In this document: in pieces, positions 29,361 to 41,526 of the stretch
Layout: each line of letters opens with the position of its first letter
Position numbering within the stretch: the first letter of the stretch is position 1
DNA from: an uncultured bacterium
GTDB lineage: Bacteria; Actinomycetota; Acidimicrobiia; Spongiisociales; UBA5794
Assembly (NCBI GenBank): GCA_963777645.1
Contig: CAVZRA010000001.1
Span: 669-64,668, forward strand
Length of the DNA stretch: 64,000 nt
Direction: 5' to 3'
Notes under the pieces: generated by a model
The model's database searches: none
What the model saw: the letters and a program-made list of their open reading frames with translations, nothing else
Told to the model about the DNA's origin: nothing
Made by a program: the position numbers and the translations under genes

Positions 29361-30957
29361 CGAGCTGATCGTCGAGAACCTAGGGATCATCGAGCATGCC
29401 CACCTCGAGCCGGGTGCCGGCTTTGTCGTCATCAGCGGCGAAACCGGTGCAGGCAAAACCATGCTGCTCGGCGCCCTGCGCTTGTTGATGGGGACGCAGA
29501 GTCGGCGTGAGTTCGTCGGCGCGTTCGGCGCTGAGGCTGTTGTCGACGGGCGCCTCGTGCTCGCCGGGGATGAGGTGACTCTGCGCCGCCGGGTCACCGG
29601 GGAAGGCAGGTCAAAGGCCTATGTCGACGGGGCAATGGTGCCGGCAAAGGCGCTGTCGGAGCGGACGGAAGGCCACATCGAGGTAGTCGGGCAGCACGAC
29701 CACATGCTGCTCACCTCCGCCACCGGGGCACGCATTCTCGTCGACGGCGCCCTCGAAGCCGGCGGCAAGCGGAGCCGCGAGGATTATCGCCTGGCGTGGG
29801 ATGCGCTAGTGGAGATGAGGCAGCGTCTGGAGCTGCTCGGTGGCAGCAGGCGCGAGCTGGAGCGGGAGCTGGAGGTGGTGCGTTTCCAGGCAGAGGAGAT
29901 CGCTGCTGCCGGGTTCAGCGCCGACGAGGAGGAAGAGCTGAATACCAGGGTGGCCCGGCTGCGCAACGCCGAGCAGCTGGCCAGCGGTTTCGGTTTGGTA
30001 TTCGACGCGGTGGGAGACGATGGCGCCGCCGCCGAGCTGGGGCGGGCAGCCGCTGAGTTGTCGCGGCTTTCCCGTCTCGATGAGAGTCTCCGGGGCGCAG
30101 GCGAACGCCTCGATGCGATCATTGAAGAGCTCGGCGAGCTGCAAGTAGATCTGGCAAGGACGGCTGCGGACCTCGAGCACGAGCCCGGTGAGCTCGACAC
30201 CGTCGAAGAACGTGTTCACACCATGCACCAGCTACAGCGCAAGTATGGTGAAACGCTTGCCGAGGTGCTGGAGTTTGGTGCCGGTGCCGAGGCGCGGGCC
30301 GGTGAGCTCACGAGGCTGCTCAGCACCGCAGATCAGCTCGGTGCGGAAGTCGAAGCGGCAGGCGGCAAGGCCAGGGACGCGGCGGAGGATCTCTCCGCGG
30401 CCCGCCGCAAAGCGGCTGCTTCCCTCGAGAAGCGCACGGTCGCTCATCTGAAGGAGCTCGGGATGACGGCCCCGCTGGTCGAGTTCGATTTCATCGACGC
30501 GGAGCTCGGTCCGGAAGGAGCCGACCGCATTCAGCTCCTCTTCGCATCCGACTCCAGCCTCACCCCCGCAGCTGCCACCAGGATCGCTTCTGGTGGCGAG
30601 CTGAGCAGGCTCACGCTTTCGCTGCGGCTTGCGGCGGGGATCGGCGACGCCACGGTGCTTGCTTTCGACGAAGTCGACGCCGGAATCGGTGGGGCCACGG
30701 CGCTGGCCATGGGGGAGAAACTGGCCGCACTCGGTGCCGGTCGCCAGCTCTTCTGCGTCACGCACCTGCCACAGGTGGCCGCACACGCCGACACCCATTA
30801 TGTCGTCGCCAGGTCCGGCAACCGGGCAGAGGTGCGGAAGGTCGCAGGTGGCGAGCGACTCGAGGAACTGTCCCGCATGCTGGGTGGCTTGCCGGACAGC
30901 GAGCGAGGCCAGCTTCACGCCGCCGAGCTACTCGCTTCGGCGCGGCGACCGAAATAG
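29353..30957 (+). CDS. recN: DNA repair protein RecN
   Basis: GETGAGKT, ASGGELSR, FDEVDAGIGG, VTHLPQVAA. Confidence 0.95.
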   Translation: MLDELIVENLGIIEHAHLEPGAGFVVISGETGAGKTMLLGALRLLMGTQSRREFVGAFGAEAVVDGRLVLAGDEVTLRRRVTGEGRSKAYVDGAMVPAKALSERTEGHIEVVGQHDHMLLTSATGARILVDGALEAGGKRSREDYRLAWDALVEMRQRLELLGGSRRELERELEVVRFQAEEIAAAGFSADEEEELNTRVARLRNAEQLASGFGLVFDAVGDDGAAAELGRAAAELSRLSRLDESLRGAGERLDAIIEELGELQVDLARTAADLEHEPGELDTVEERVHTMHQLQRKYGETLAEVLEFGAGAEARAGELTRLLSTADQLGAEVEAAGGKARDAAEDLSAARRKAAASLEKRTVAHLKELGMTAPLVEFDFIDAELGPEGADRIQLLFASDSSLTPAAATRIASGGELSRLTLSLRLAAGIGDATVLAFDEVDAGIGGATALAMGEKLAALGAGRQLFCVTHLPQVAAHADTHYVVARSGNRAEVRKVAGGERLEELSRMLGGLPDSERGQLHAAELLASARRPK

Positions 30958-30997
30958 CGTTCAAGAAGGTCCTAGGTAGCGACCGGTCCGGTGGTAA

Positions 30998-33218
<2,221 letters not shown>

Positions 33219-33240
33219 TCGTCCGAGCGAGTGCACCGTC

Positions 33241-34140
33241 GTGAAGATCGAGCCTGCCATCGAGGAGTACCTGACCGCCCTGATCACCGAACGGGGCCTG
33301 GCAGGCAACACCGTCGCCGCCTACCGGCGTGATCTGAGCCAATACCGCGACTTCCTCGCCGCACAAGGAGTTGACGAGGTCGAGGACGTCGACCACACCC
33401 TGGTTACCGGGTTCGTCGCCCTGTTGCGAGAGTTGGGTGCCGTCGAGGGAACCGTGAACCGCAAGGTGGCTGCGATCCGGGGGATGCATCGCTTCCTCGT
33501 CATCGAGGACTATGTGGCAGCCGACCCGACCAGCCTTCTCGAATCGACGCGGCGCAAAGACACCATCCCGAAGGCCCTCGAAGTCGACGAGGTGACGAAG
33601 TTGCTTGATGCGGCCGGGGGTGACAGCGATCTGGCGCTGCGGGACACGGCCTTGCTCGAGTTCATGTATGCCACAGGATGTCGCGTTTCAGAAGCGATCG
33701 ACCTCGATCAAATCGACGTCGATCTCGAGGAGGCTACGGCCCTGGTGACCGGGAAAGGCTCAAAGCAGCGGGTGGTTCCGCTCGGGAGTTACGCCGTGGC
33801 CGCGCTCGAGGCCTACTACCCGGCGCGGCGACGATTCATCGGCGCGAGTGTGGACCCAGGAGCGGTGTTTGTCAGCGCCAGAGGCCGCCGTCTCACCAGG
33901 CAGGCAGTGTGGCAGATGATCAAGAAGATCGCGGTTCGGGCGGGCATCGCACCGGACCGGGTTTCACCTCATGTGTTGCGTCACTCGGCCGCGACCCATA
34001 TGATCGAGGGCGGCGCTGATCTGAGAACAATCCAAGAATTGCTCGGTCACGCTAGTATCTCGACCACGCAGGTATACACGAGGGTTTCCCCTCAGCATTT
34101 GTATGAGGTTTATGTAACCTCACATCCACGCGGCAGATAG
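33241..34140 (+). CDS. xerD: Site-specific tyrosine recombinase XerD
   Basis: NTVAAYRRDL, YATGCRVSE, GKGSKQR, SPHVLRHSAATH, LGHASISTTQVY; usual pyrG-nudix-xerD order. Confidence 0.92.
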   Translation: MKIEPAIEEYLTALITERGLAGNTVAAYRRDLSQYRDFLAAQGVDEVEDVDHTLVTGFVALLRELGAVEGTVNRKVAAIRGMHRFLVIEDYVAADPTSLLESTRRKDTIPKALEVDEVTKLLDAAGGDSDLALRDTALLEFMYATGCRVSEAIDLDQIDVDLEEATALVTGKGSKQRVVPLGSYAVAALEAYYPARRRFIGASVDPGAVFVSARGRRLTRQAVWQMIKKIAVRAGIAPDRVSPHVLRHSAATHMIEGGADLRTIQELLGHASISTTQVYTRVSPQHLYEVYVTSHPRGR

Positions 34141-34175
34141 CGGCCGCACAAGAAGTGGGTCCGGAAGGGTTTGTC

Positions 34176-34520
34176 GTGAACACCGATGGCGCCATAGCAG
34201 CGTTGAAAAAAGAGCGACAGAAGCTGGTACGACAGCTCGCCGACCTCGGTGCAACCGAGGAGGGTGAGTTGACCGGCGACGTCGAGTACAGCGACGGATT
34301 CGCCGATGCGGCCGCTTCGACCGCGGAGCGAAGCGAGGTGCTCGGCATCGTCGACAATCTGGCGAAGCTGCTTGCCGACGTCGACCAGGCGCTCGGGCGT
34401 GTCGAAGATGGCACCTACGGCCTCTGCAAGAACTGTGGCAAGGAGATCGGTGCCGACCGGATGGAGTTCCGGCCCACCTCCCGCTACTGCGTGGACTGCA
34501 AAGCCCGCCGCGCCATTTGA
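34176..34520 (+). CDS. TraR/DksA C4-type zinc-finger protein
   Basis: DAASTAER; GTYGLCKNCG..I...R....P....CVDCK. Confidence 0.85.
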   Translation: MNTDGAIAALKKERQKLVRQLADLGATEEGELTGDVEYSDGFADAAASTAERSEVLGIVDNLAKLLADVDQALGRVEDGTYGLCKNCGKEIGADRMEFRPTSRYCVDCKARRAI

Positions 34521-34530
34521 GCGCACCTCG

Positions 34531-35088
34531 ATGAGCCCGTTCCGCCAGTTCTGGCATCTCGCCACCCGTTTCTTCGGGACGTTGTTTCACCGACCGCTCG
34601 GTCCACGCCGCCAATACGAGGTGCACAGGGTGCTGACCCGTGCCGAGGCGGACTTGTTCTTCCGCCAGCAGGCAATAGACCAGCGTCATGCCTATGCCGT
34701 GGCGCAAAGGGTGCAGGTGGCGACAGGTGATGCAGACGCAGTGGCCGCTGCGCTGCTACATGATGTGGGCAAGGCAGCCAGCGACATTGGGCCGTTTGCC
34801 CGCTCGCTCGCCACCCTGTGCGATACCGTCCGGCTACCCGTACCGGAACGTTGGCAGAGCTACCGCGACCACGGTGCGCTCGGTGCCGCCACGCTGGTCG
34901 CAGCAGGCGCCCGTCCGCTTGCCGTGGCGTTTGCAGCCGGCGAGCCGACCGGTGACCCCGACGTCTGGCAGGCACTGGTGGCCGCAGACGAAGCGTCGGG
35001 CGTGCGACGTCTTGATGCTGTGTCGCTTGGAGAAACCCCGGAATCGGCTGGTTCCCGTAATACCATGCGCCCCGAGGTGAACCGATGA
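34531..35088 (+). CDS. HD-domain protein
   Basis: DQRHAYAVA, AALLHDVGK, YRDHGALGA. Confidence 0.75.
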   Translation: MSPFRQFWHLATRFFGTLFHRPLGPRRQYEVHRVLTRAEADLFFRQQAIDQRHAYAVAQRVQVATGDADAVAAALLHDVGKAASDIGPFARSLATLCDTVRLPVPERWQSYRDHGALGAATLVAAGARPLAVAFAAGEPTGDPDVWQALVAADEASGVRRLDAVSLGETPESAGSRNTMRPEVNR

Positions 35089-35855
35089 GCTACGAAGTCA
35101 AGACGCGGGTGTTTGAAGGGCCGCTTGATCTGCTGCTGCAGCTGATCACCTCGCATCAGGTGGAGATCACCGAACTGAGCCTGGTCGACCTGGTGGGGGA
35201 GTACCTGGTCCATCTCGAGCTCATGGGAGAGATGGACATCGAGGTGACGAGCGAGTTCCTTCTGATCGCAGCGACCCTGATCCAGCTGAAGGCACGCCAT
35301 CTACTCCCCGACGACCGCGCCATAGACATCGACGACGAGCTCGCCCTCGCCGAGGAGCGGGATCGGCTGCTGTCGCGGCTGCTCGCCTGTCTCACCTTCA
35401 AGGACGTTGCTGCCGTGCTGGCCCACCGGTTCGACGGCAACGCCCGTTTCGTGCCCCGTCTTGTCGGGCTCGACCCTGGCATCACGCCAATTCAGCCCGA
35501 AGTCAGGTTGGACATCGACCTCGACGAGTTCCGGCTGATCGCCGAGCACGCCTTCGAAACTGCACCCGATGAGCCCGACCTCGACCATCTCGATCTCGAT
35601 CTGCCCTCAGTGGGCGACGCCATCGCAGATGTTCGCATCCGGGTGGCGGCGGTTGTCGAGACGGAGTTCGAGACGCTGGTCGCCCACTGTGACCGCTCCA
35701 TCGACGTGGTTGCCTACTTTCTGGCACTGCTGGAGCTGGCCCGCTGGGGGGTCATCAGTGTCAGCCAGGAGCATCGTGAGGCACCGATCCGCGTTGTGAG
35801 CAAGAACCCCGCAGGATTCGACGCAGGCCAGCTCCAGAGCGAATGGAACGGCTGA
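35085..35855 (+). CDS. scpA: Segregation and condensation protein A
   Basis: FEGPLDLLLQLI, SEFLLIAATLIQLKA, FLALLEL. Confidence 0.95.
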   Translation: MSYEVKTRVFEGPLDLLLQLITSHQVEITELSLVDLVGEYLVHLELMGEMDIEVTSEFLLIAATLIQLKARHLLPDDRAIDIDDELALAEERDRLLSRLLACLTFKDVAAVLAHRFDGNARFVPRLVGLDPGITPIQPEVRLDIDLDEFRLIAEHAFETAPDEPDLDHLDLDLPSVGDAIADVRIRVAAVVETEFETLVAHCDRSIDVVAYFLALLELARWGVISVSQEHREAPIRVVSKNPAGFDAGQLQSEWNG

Positions 35856-36433
35856 TGGAGCTGCGTGCCGTCATCGAAGCGATGTTGTTTGTTGCCGAGG
35901 ACCCGATCCCGGTGACCGAGATGGCCGAAGTTCTGGAACAGCCCCAATCGGTGATTGTGGACGAGTTAGCCGCCTACGCCACCGATCTCGAGGAATCGGG
36001 CCGGGGTCTGGTGCTCCGCGAGGTGGGGGTCGGCTGGAGGCTGTTCACCCATCCTGACGCTCGCCCCTATCTGGAGCGCTTCGCTGCAACCGACCGGGTC
36101 ACCAAGCTCTCGAAGGCGGCGCTCGAGACCCTTGCGGTAGTTGCCTACAAGCAGCCGGTGTCCCGTGGGCAAGTATCCGAGATCAGGGGAGTGGATTCCG
36201 ACCGTGCGCTGCGAACCCTGGAGCGGCGAGGGCTGATCGCAGAGGTCGGCACCGCACCCGGGCCCGGGCAGGCATTGTTGTTCGGGACGACCGAGCTGTT
36301 CCTGGAGAAGCTCGGTGTGCGCGGGCTAGATGAGCTGCCCCCGCTTGCCGACCACGTGCCTCCCGCCAGTGTGGTCGAGGTACTGGAACGCCCGTTCCGC
36401 CCGGAGGGATCATCGACAGACTCCAGAAGCTGA
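35855..36433 (+). CDS. scpB: Segregation and condensation protein B
   Basis: IEAMLFV, LSKAALETLAVVAYKQPVSR, FLEKLG...LDELP. Confidence 0.95.
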   Translation: MELRAVIEAMLFVAEDPIPVTEMAEVLEQPQSVIVDELAAYATDLEESGRGLVLREVGVGWRLFTHPDARPYLERFAATDRVTKLSKAALETLAVVAYKQPVSRGQVSEIRGVDSDRALRTLERRGLIAEVGTAPGPGQALLFGTTELFLEKLGVRGLDELPPLADHVPPASVVEVLERPFRPEGSSTDSRS

Positions 36434-37164
36434 TCGCACACACCGGTTTGATGTCTCGGCGTCATGCCGAGGAGCTCATCAAGCGAGGTCGGGTCACCAT
36501 CGACGGGCAGATAGCCCGGCTCGGTGACCGTGGCGACCCCGCACATGTGGTTGTCGCCATCGATGGTGTGCCCATCCCGACCCGGCCCGACCTCGTCTAC
36601 GTGCTGCTCAACAAGCCCGAGGGCGTGATCAGCACAGCAGATGATCCGCAGGGTCGACCCACCGTGGTCGACCTTGTCGACATCGACACCAGGCTCTACC
36701 CGGTTGGCCGACTCGATTCGACTTCTTCAGGGTTGTTGCTGATGACCAACGACGGGACGCTCACCAACCTGGTCACCCACCCCCGCTACGGCATCGAGAA
36801 GACGTACGTGGCGCTTGTCGAAGGTGCGCCGGGTAGAGAGGCCATCAGCAGTCTGCTCAATGGGATCACATTGGAGGACGGTATTGCCAGGGCCGCCAGG
36901 GCAAGGCTGCTCACAAGCCATCGGGGTCGGACCCAGCTCGAGATCGTCATGACCGAGGGGCGCAAACGTGAGGTGCGCAGGATGATGGAGGCTCTCGGCT
37001 ATCCGGTGGCTGCACTGGTGCGGGTCTCCATCGGCCCGCTGTCTGACGGTGCGCTCGAACCGGGGTCGTGGCGGTATCTCACCATCGCCGAGGTGAAGGA
37101 CCTGTACGCTGCCGCCGGTGCCACATGGGAAGATGCCCCCAAGATGATGGAAGACGACGCATGA
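36412..37164 (+). CDS. rluB: rRNA pseudouridine synthase (RluB/RsuA family); start codon uncertain
   Basis: S4 motif DRLQKLIA.TG..SRR.AEELI, LNKPEG, PVGRLD, EGRKREVRRM. Confidence 0.88.
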   Translation: MDRLQKLIAHTGLMSRRHAEELIKRGRVTIDGQIARLGDRGDPAHVVVAIDGVPIPTRPDLVYVLLNKPEGVISTADDPQGRPTVVDLVDIDTRLYPVGRLDSTSSGLLLMTNDGTLTNLVTHPRYGIEKTYVALVEGAPGREAISSLLNGITLEDGIARAARARLLTSHRGRTQLEIVMTEGRKREVRRMMEALGYPVAALVRVSIGPLSDGALEPGSWRYLTIAEVKDLYAAAGATWEDAPKMMEDDA

Positions 37165-38444
37165 ACGAACAGCTTGAGCTGTCCGGGCCCCGGGCGCCCT
37201 TCGCTGCGGGTATCGAGGTGCCGGGTGACAAGTCGCTGTCACATCGGTCGATAGTCCTCTCCGCCATGGCGAAGGGCACCAGCACCATAGAGCGACTCGC
37301 CACCGGGCAGGATGTGCAGTCGAGCCTCGCCGTGGTGCAGGCGCTTGGAGTCGACGTCGACGGGACACGACTCTCATCCCCCGGCATCGACGCTTGGCGA
37401 ACGCCGACAGAAGCGCTCGACTGTGGAAATTCGGGAACCACGATGCGGCTGCTGGCAGGCGCACTTGCAGGCTCTCCGATCTCGGCGACGCTGGTGGGAG
37501 ACGAGTCGCTGTCACGCCGCCCGATGCGACGATTGGTACCGCCGCTCGAGGCTCTCGGCGCTTCGATAGCACTCTCCGAGGACGCCACCGCACCGGTGAG
37601 GATCACAGGCAATCCGTCACCGACACCGGCAGATGTGGAGATCCCGATCGCGTCGGCACAGGTGCGCACGGCGTTCTCCCTCGCCGCGGTACGCGGCACC
37701 GGGGAATCGACGATCACGAGCCCTCCCGGGTATCGCGACCACACCGAACGCTGGCTAGAGGCGATGGGGTTGGGCAAACGTGAGGACGGGACTACTTTCC
37801 GGATCTACCCGGGCGCAGTGCCTGCGTTCAACTACGTGATCCCGGGTGATCCTTCTTCGGCGGCGTTCCTGTGGGCCGCCGCTGCCATCATCGAAGGGGC
37901 ACAGGTGGTCACGCCCAACATCTCACTGAATCCGGGGCGAATCGGCTTTCTCCAGGTCCTGGAGCAAATGGGTGCCGTCGTATCTGCAGAGGTGACCGGG
38001 GCGATCCTAGGCGACCCGGTGGGCACGGTCGGTGTGCGTGGTGCCGGTCTGCGGGGGGCGGTGGTTAGCGGGGCGCTCGCTGCGGCCACGCTCGACGAAC
38101 TGCCGCTGGTGGCGGTGGTCGGCTCCTATGCGGAGGGTGTCACCCGGGTGACGGATGCTGCGGAGTTGCGGGCGAAGGAAAGCGACAGGATCGCATCGAC
38201 GGTGGCAATGATCAACGGTCTCGGCGGGGGAGCGGAGGCTACCGAAGACGGTTTCAACGTGCTCGGGATCGGTTGGCTGGAGAGCGGCACCGTCGTTGCA
38301 GCCGGTGATCACAGGATCGCCATGGCGGGGGCGGTGGCCGCAACCGGCGCCACCGGCCCGGTTACGATTTCAGGTGCAGACGTGGCCGGGGTGTCCTGGC
38401 CGAGATTCTTCGAGGCTTTGGAGGCGCTGTGGTCATCGCGATAG
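37161..38444 (+). CDS. aroA: EPSP synthase
   Basis: PGDKSLSHR, DCGNSGTTMRL, SAQV, RDHTER, ELRAKESDRI, GDHRIAM. Confidence 0.96.
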   Translation: MNEQLELSGPRAPFAAGIEVPGDKSLSHRSIVLSAMAKGTSTIERLATGQDVQSSLAVVQALGVDVDGTRLSSPGIDAWRTPTEALDCGNSGTTMRLLAGALAGSPISATLVGDESLSRRPMRRLVPPLEALGASIALSEDATAPVRITGNPSPTPADVEIPIASAQVRTAFSLAAVRGTGESTITSPPGYRDHTERWLEAMGLGKREDGTTFRIYPGAVPAFNYVIPGDPSSAAFLWAAAAIIEGAQVVTPNISLNPGRIGFLQVLEQMGAVVSAEVTGAILGDPVGTVGVRGAGLRGAVVSGALAAATLDELPLVAVVGSYAEGVTRVTDAAELRAKESDRIASTVAMINGLGGGAEATEDGFNVLGIGWLESGTVVAAGDHRIAMAGAVAATGATGPVTISGADVAGVSWPRFFEALEALWSSR

Positions 38445-39085
38445 ACGGTCCCGGTGGGGTCGGGAAGTCCACCGTCACCCGGCTGCTGGCGCAAGTGCTC
38501 GGCATCGACTTCCTCGACACAGGTGCCACCTACCGGGCTGCAACCGTGGCGGCGCTGGGGGCCGGGGCGGATCTCAGCGACGAGGATGCGGTGCTCGACG
38601 CCGTGGGTTGTGTCGAGATCACCTATGAGAACGGGGTCATCATCCTCGACGGCCGGGAGATCAACGATGAGGTACGGTCCGACGCTGTGACCAGGGCGGT
38701 GACTCCGGTATCGGCGTTCCCGCGGGTACGCGAGCACATCGTGCAGTTACAGCGGGATTGGGTGACTGACCACGGCGGGGATGCGGTGGTCGAGGGGCGT
38801 GACATCGGCACCGTCGTGTTTCCGGATGCGCTCGTCAAGGTGTTCCTCACGGCACCTGCCGAGCTGCGGGCGGCGCGTCGCTCGGGAGATGCAGAAGCGG
38901 CCAACCAGGAGGTTTCCGAGATCGTGGCCGACCTGAATCGCCGTGACCATGCGGACTCCACCAGGAAGGCCTCACCGCTGCGCCCTGCCGAGGATGCGGT
39001 GGAGATCGACACGTCGACCATGACCGCCGAAGAGGTTGCGGCGACCATCCTGGCGCTGGTCAGGAAGGCGTCAGACGCCGAGTAG
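38429..39085 (+). CDS. cmk: Cytidylate kinase
   Basis: IAIDGPGGVGKST, DTGATYRA, EGRDIGTVVFPDA. Confidence 0.96.
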   Translation: MVIAIDGPGGVGKSTVTRLLAQVLGIDFLDTGATYRAATVAALGAGADLSDEDAVLDAVGCVEITYENGVIILDGREINDEVRSDAVTRAVTPVSAFPRVREHIVQLQRDWVTDHGGDAVVEGRDIGTVVFPDALVKVFLTAPAELRAARRSGDAEAANQEVSEIVADLNRRDHADSTRKASPLRPAEDAVEIDTSTMTAEEVAATILALVRKASDAE

Positions 39086-40117
39086 ATCGAGCGCCTCGGT
39101 GGCGGAACGGTCGGGATCCTGCTCGATCGGGCCGGGAAGATTCGGCTGAGAAACCGCAAAGGCAGCTTCAACGACCGTTTGCAGGGTCTTGACGAACTGG
39201 CGCAACGATGGGGGCAGCGGGAAATACTCGTCCTCGTCTGTGATCGCCATCGGGAAATCACCCTCGGTCGGGTTGATGGCTGCGATCACCTCGCGCACCC
39301 GCTGATCCGGTGCGGATGCACCTGCGGTGACACCAACGATGCGGCTTCCTTCGAGCCACTCCGGCTTGATGTCGTCCGGCCCGTCCACACGGTACGACGG
39401 AGTTCCTTCCTTGCGACCCACCCGCACCAGCGCCTGGGTGTTTGACGAGTTCTTCGAGCCGACCACGAGGATGGTGTCGGCCTGGCGTGCCAGCTCCCGA
39501 ATGGCTGTCTGCCGGTTGGTGGTTGCGTAGCAGAGGTCGCTGCGTCTCGCCGTCTCGAGGTCGGGGAAGCGGCTGATGGCGTCCTCGAGGACCCCCTCCC
39601 ATTCGTGCATCCCCAGCGTGGTCTGCGCCAGCAGCGCCACCCGGGCAGGGTTCTTTGGTTGGAAGGAGAGGAGGCCCTGGTCGGGGTCGATGAGGGTCAC
39701 CGCGGTTGGGGCTTCTGCCACTGCGCCTACGGCCTCGTCGTGGCCCTGGTGGCCGACGTAGATGATGTCGTAGTCCTTCTTGGCCATGAGACGCACCTCG
39801 TGGTGCACTTTGGTGACCAGTGGGCAAACCGCATCGACCATCACCGCAGCGCGGCTGTTGGCTTCTGCGACGATCTCCGGTGCCGATCCGTGGGCGGACA
39901 GCATCACAGGGCTGCCCTCGGGCACCTCGGTGATGTCGTTGACGAACACCACCCCGGCGCGTTCGAAGGCGTCCACAACGGCCTGGTTGTGGACTATCTC
40001 GTGATAGCAGTAGACGGGAGGCTCGAAGATGTTGACCATCCACGTGAGGGACTTGATCGCCATCTCGACCCCGGCGCAGAACCCGCGCGGTTCGGCCAGC
40101 AACACACGTTCAACCAT
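39071..40117 (-). CDS. ispH: 4-hydroxy-3-methylbut-2-enyl diphosphate reductase
   Basis: PRGFCAGV, HEIVHN, SAHG, DAVCPLVTKVH, CYATTNRQ, NSSN, TAGASAP. Confidence 0.95.
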   Translation of the reverse strand: MVERVLLAEPRGFCAGVEMAIKSLTWMVNIFEPPVYCYHEIVHNQAVVDAFERAGVVFVNDITEVPEGSPVMLSAHGSAPEIVAEANSRAAVMVDAVCPLVTKVHHEVRLMAKKDYDIIYVGHQGHDEAVGAVAEAPTAVTLIDPDQGLLSFQPKNPARVALLAQTTLGMHEWEGVLEDAISRFPDLETARRSDLCYATTNRQTAIRELARQADTILVVGSKNSSNTQALVRVGRKEGTPSYRVDGPDDIKPEWLEGSRIVGVTAGASAPDQRVREVIAAINPTEGDFPMAITDEDEYFPLPPSLRQFVKTLQTVVEAAFAVSQPNLPGPIEQDPDRSATEALDLLGV

Positions 40118-40312
40118 CCCGCAATGGTAGGAGCGGGCTGGCGTCAAGAGTGGCGATGGCACCGATGCGAAGCGGCAAGGCGGCGAAGTCGTGCCATCGT
40201 CGGCAAGAGGACAGCGCCGAAGCAGCCCGAGCCTCGGAGGCGGGGCAAATCGACGGGAGAGACATCGGGAGGGATGACGGTGCCGCAGAGCAGCTGGGGA
40301 AGTGGAGGTGGG

Positions 40313-41431
40313 TCACCAGGGTGGGTCGTGCCCGGGGTTGGGTGGGACGAGTGACCGGCAATACGGCGGGCGACCCTGGTCGAGGGTGAACCCCGCCCGG
40401 TGGATTGCCACGTGGTGGTGGAACCAACAAAGGGTCACGAGATTGTCCGGGTCGTGATCGCCGCCGTTGGCCCGGTGCTTGATGTGATGGATCTGGAGCC
40501 GGTAGCGGCTGTGGCACCCTGAAATCGCACACCCTTTGTCCCGCCATGCCACGTAGTCGCGCACCGCAGGAGGTATCGCCGTTGCGGCCTGGGAGGTGAC
40601 GACAGGCTGTCCATCCTCTAGCCCGACGAGCCGTACCGTGCCACCGCAGAGGATCTCTTCCAGCACGCTCGGCCCGACTCTGGGACCGTATTTCATCTCG
40701 GCGCCCAGCTCCCCGGACGTCCCGTTGGCCTCTTCGAGATCTACGAATACGGTTACGGCGCCGCCGGTCCCCGTGATGTTGTCGTCTCCGGCGTCGCCGA
40801 GGAAATCCTGGGAGATCGCTACGAGGGCGTCTGCGTTGAGCTGGCTGCGGGAGAAGAAATCGGCTCCCGGGAGCCGCCGCAGCTCGTCGACCCGGCCGCT
40901 GATGGCTTGATCAACGATGGAGCCTTCGACGCCAGGGAGTTCGAAGCTGCCGCGCCAGACGCTGTTGTCCAGATTGGGCTGAATGGTCAGATAGCGGTCG
41001 GAGAATGCCTGCTGCTCATCCTTGTGCGAGATGCGCCGGTACTGGCCGATGAGCCGGTTGACCGCGGTCAGGTCGAGGTTGAAGCTGCGGTCGACCACCC
41101 CCATGGGAGCGCTCGCACCCATCAACGAGAGTGTCGCCATCGCCCGATCGAAGCTGATCTCACCATCCTCCATCTGTTCGTAGAGGTACGGGTCGGTGCG
41201 GTACATGCGGTTAGCGGCGTCGACCAGACGTTGGGCGGTGCTTTGGTTGACATCGAGGGCAGTGGCGGTCCAGTCGACCATGGACCTGGCGCCATCAGCT
41301 TCGGCCACCCCGGCGCGCTGCAACTGGTTCAGCAAGGTCAGCTGGCGGGCCTGGAGCCGAGATATCTCGGCCTTGGTCTCGGCCAGCTCTGCCCGGAAGT
41401 CGGTGACCAGTTCGGGATCGGTGAACAACAT
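40313..41431 (-). CDS. DUF222-domain HNH endonuclease (13E12/Rv1128c-like)
   Basis: Helical N-terminus, Q..ADALV motif, C-terminal RDKGCAISGC...IHHIKHRANGG.....NLVTLCWFHH. Confidence 0.88.
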   Translation of the reverse strand: MLFTDPELVTDFRAELAETKAEISRLQARQLTLLNQLQRAGVAEADGARSMVDWTATALDVNQSTAQRLVDAANRMYRTDPYLYEQMEDGEISFDRAMATLSLMGASAPMGVVDRSFNLDLTAVNRLIGQYRRISHKDEQQAFSDRYLTIQPNLDNSVWRGSFELPGVEGSIVDQAISGRVDELRRLPGADFFSRSQLNADALVAISQDFLGDAGDDNITGTGGAVTVFVDLEEANGTSGELGAEMKYGPRVGPSVLEEILCGGTVRLVGLEDGQPVVTSQAATAIPPAVRDYVAWRDKGCAISGCHSRYRLQIHHIKHRANGGDHDPDNLVTLCWFHHHVAIHRAGFTLDQGRPPYCRSLVPPNPGHDPPW

Positions 41432-41437
41432 GACGAC

Positions 41438-41459
41438 ACCGTATCAACGGGGTGTGACA
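41438..41459 (-). promoter_or_regulatory. PafBC-like leaderless promoter of the HNH gene
   Basis: Minus strand TGTCAC-N10-TACGGT, 6 nt before the ATG. Confidence 0.55.
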
Positions 41460-41526
41460 CAAATCCTGGGCTCAAGGTCGATTCGCGTAGCGTTGGCGGC
41501 CGAGGATCTCGCCCAGGAGTACACGT

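Noticed and set aside
33241-34140. xerD as the integrase of a mobile element
   Set aside because: It sits in the conserved pyrG-nudix-xerD-scpAB context, so it is the housekeeping recombinase.
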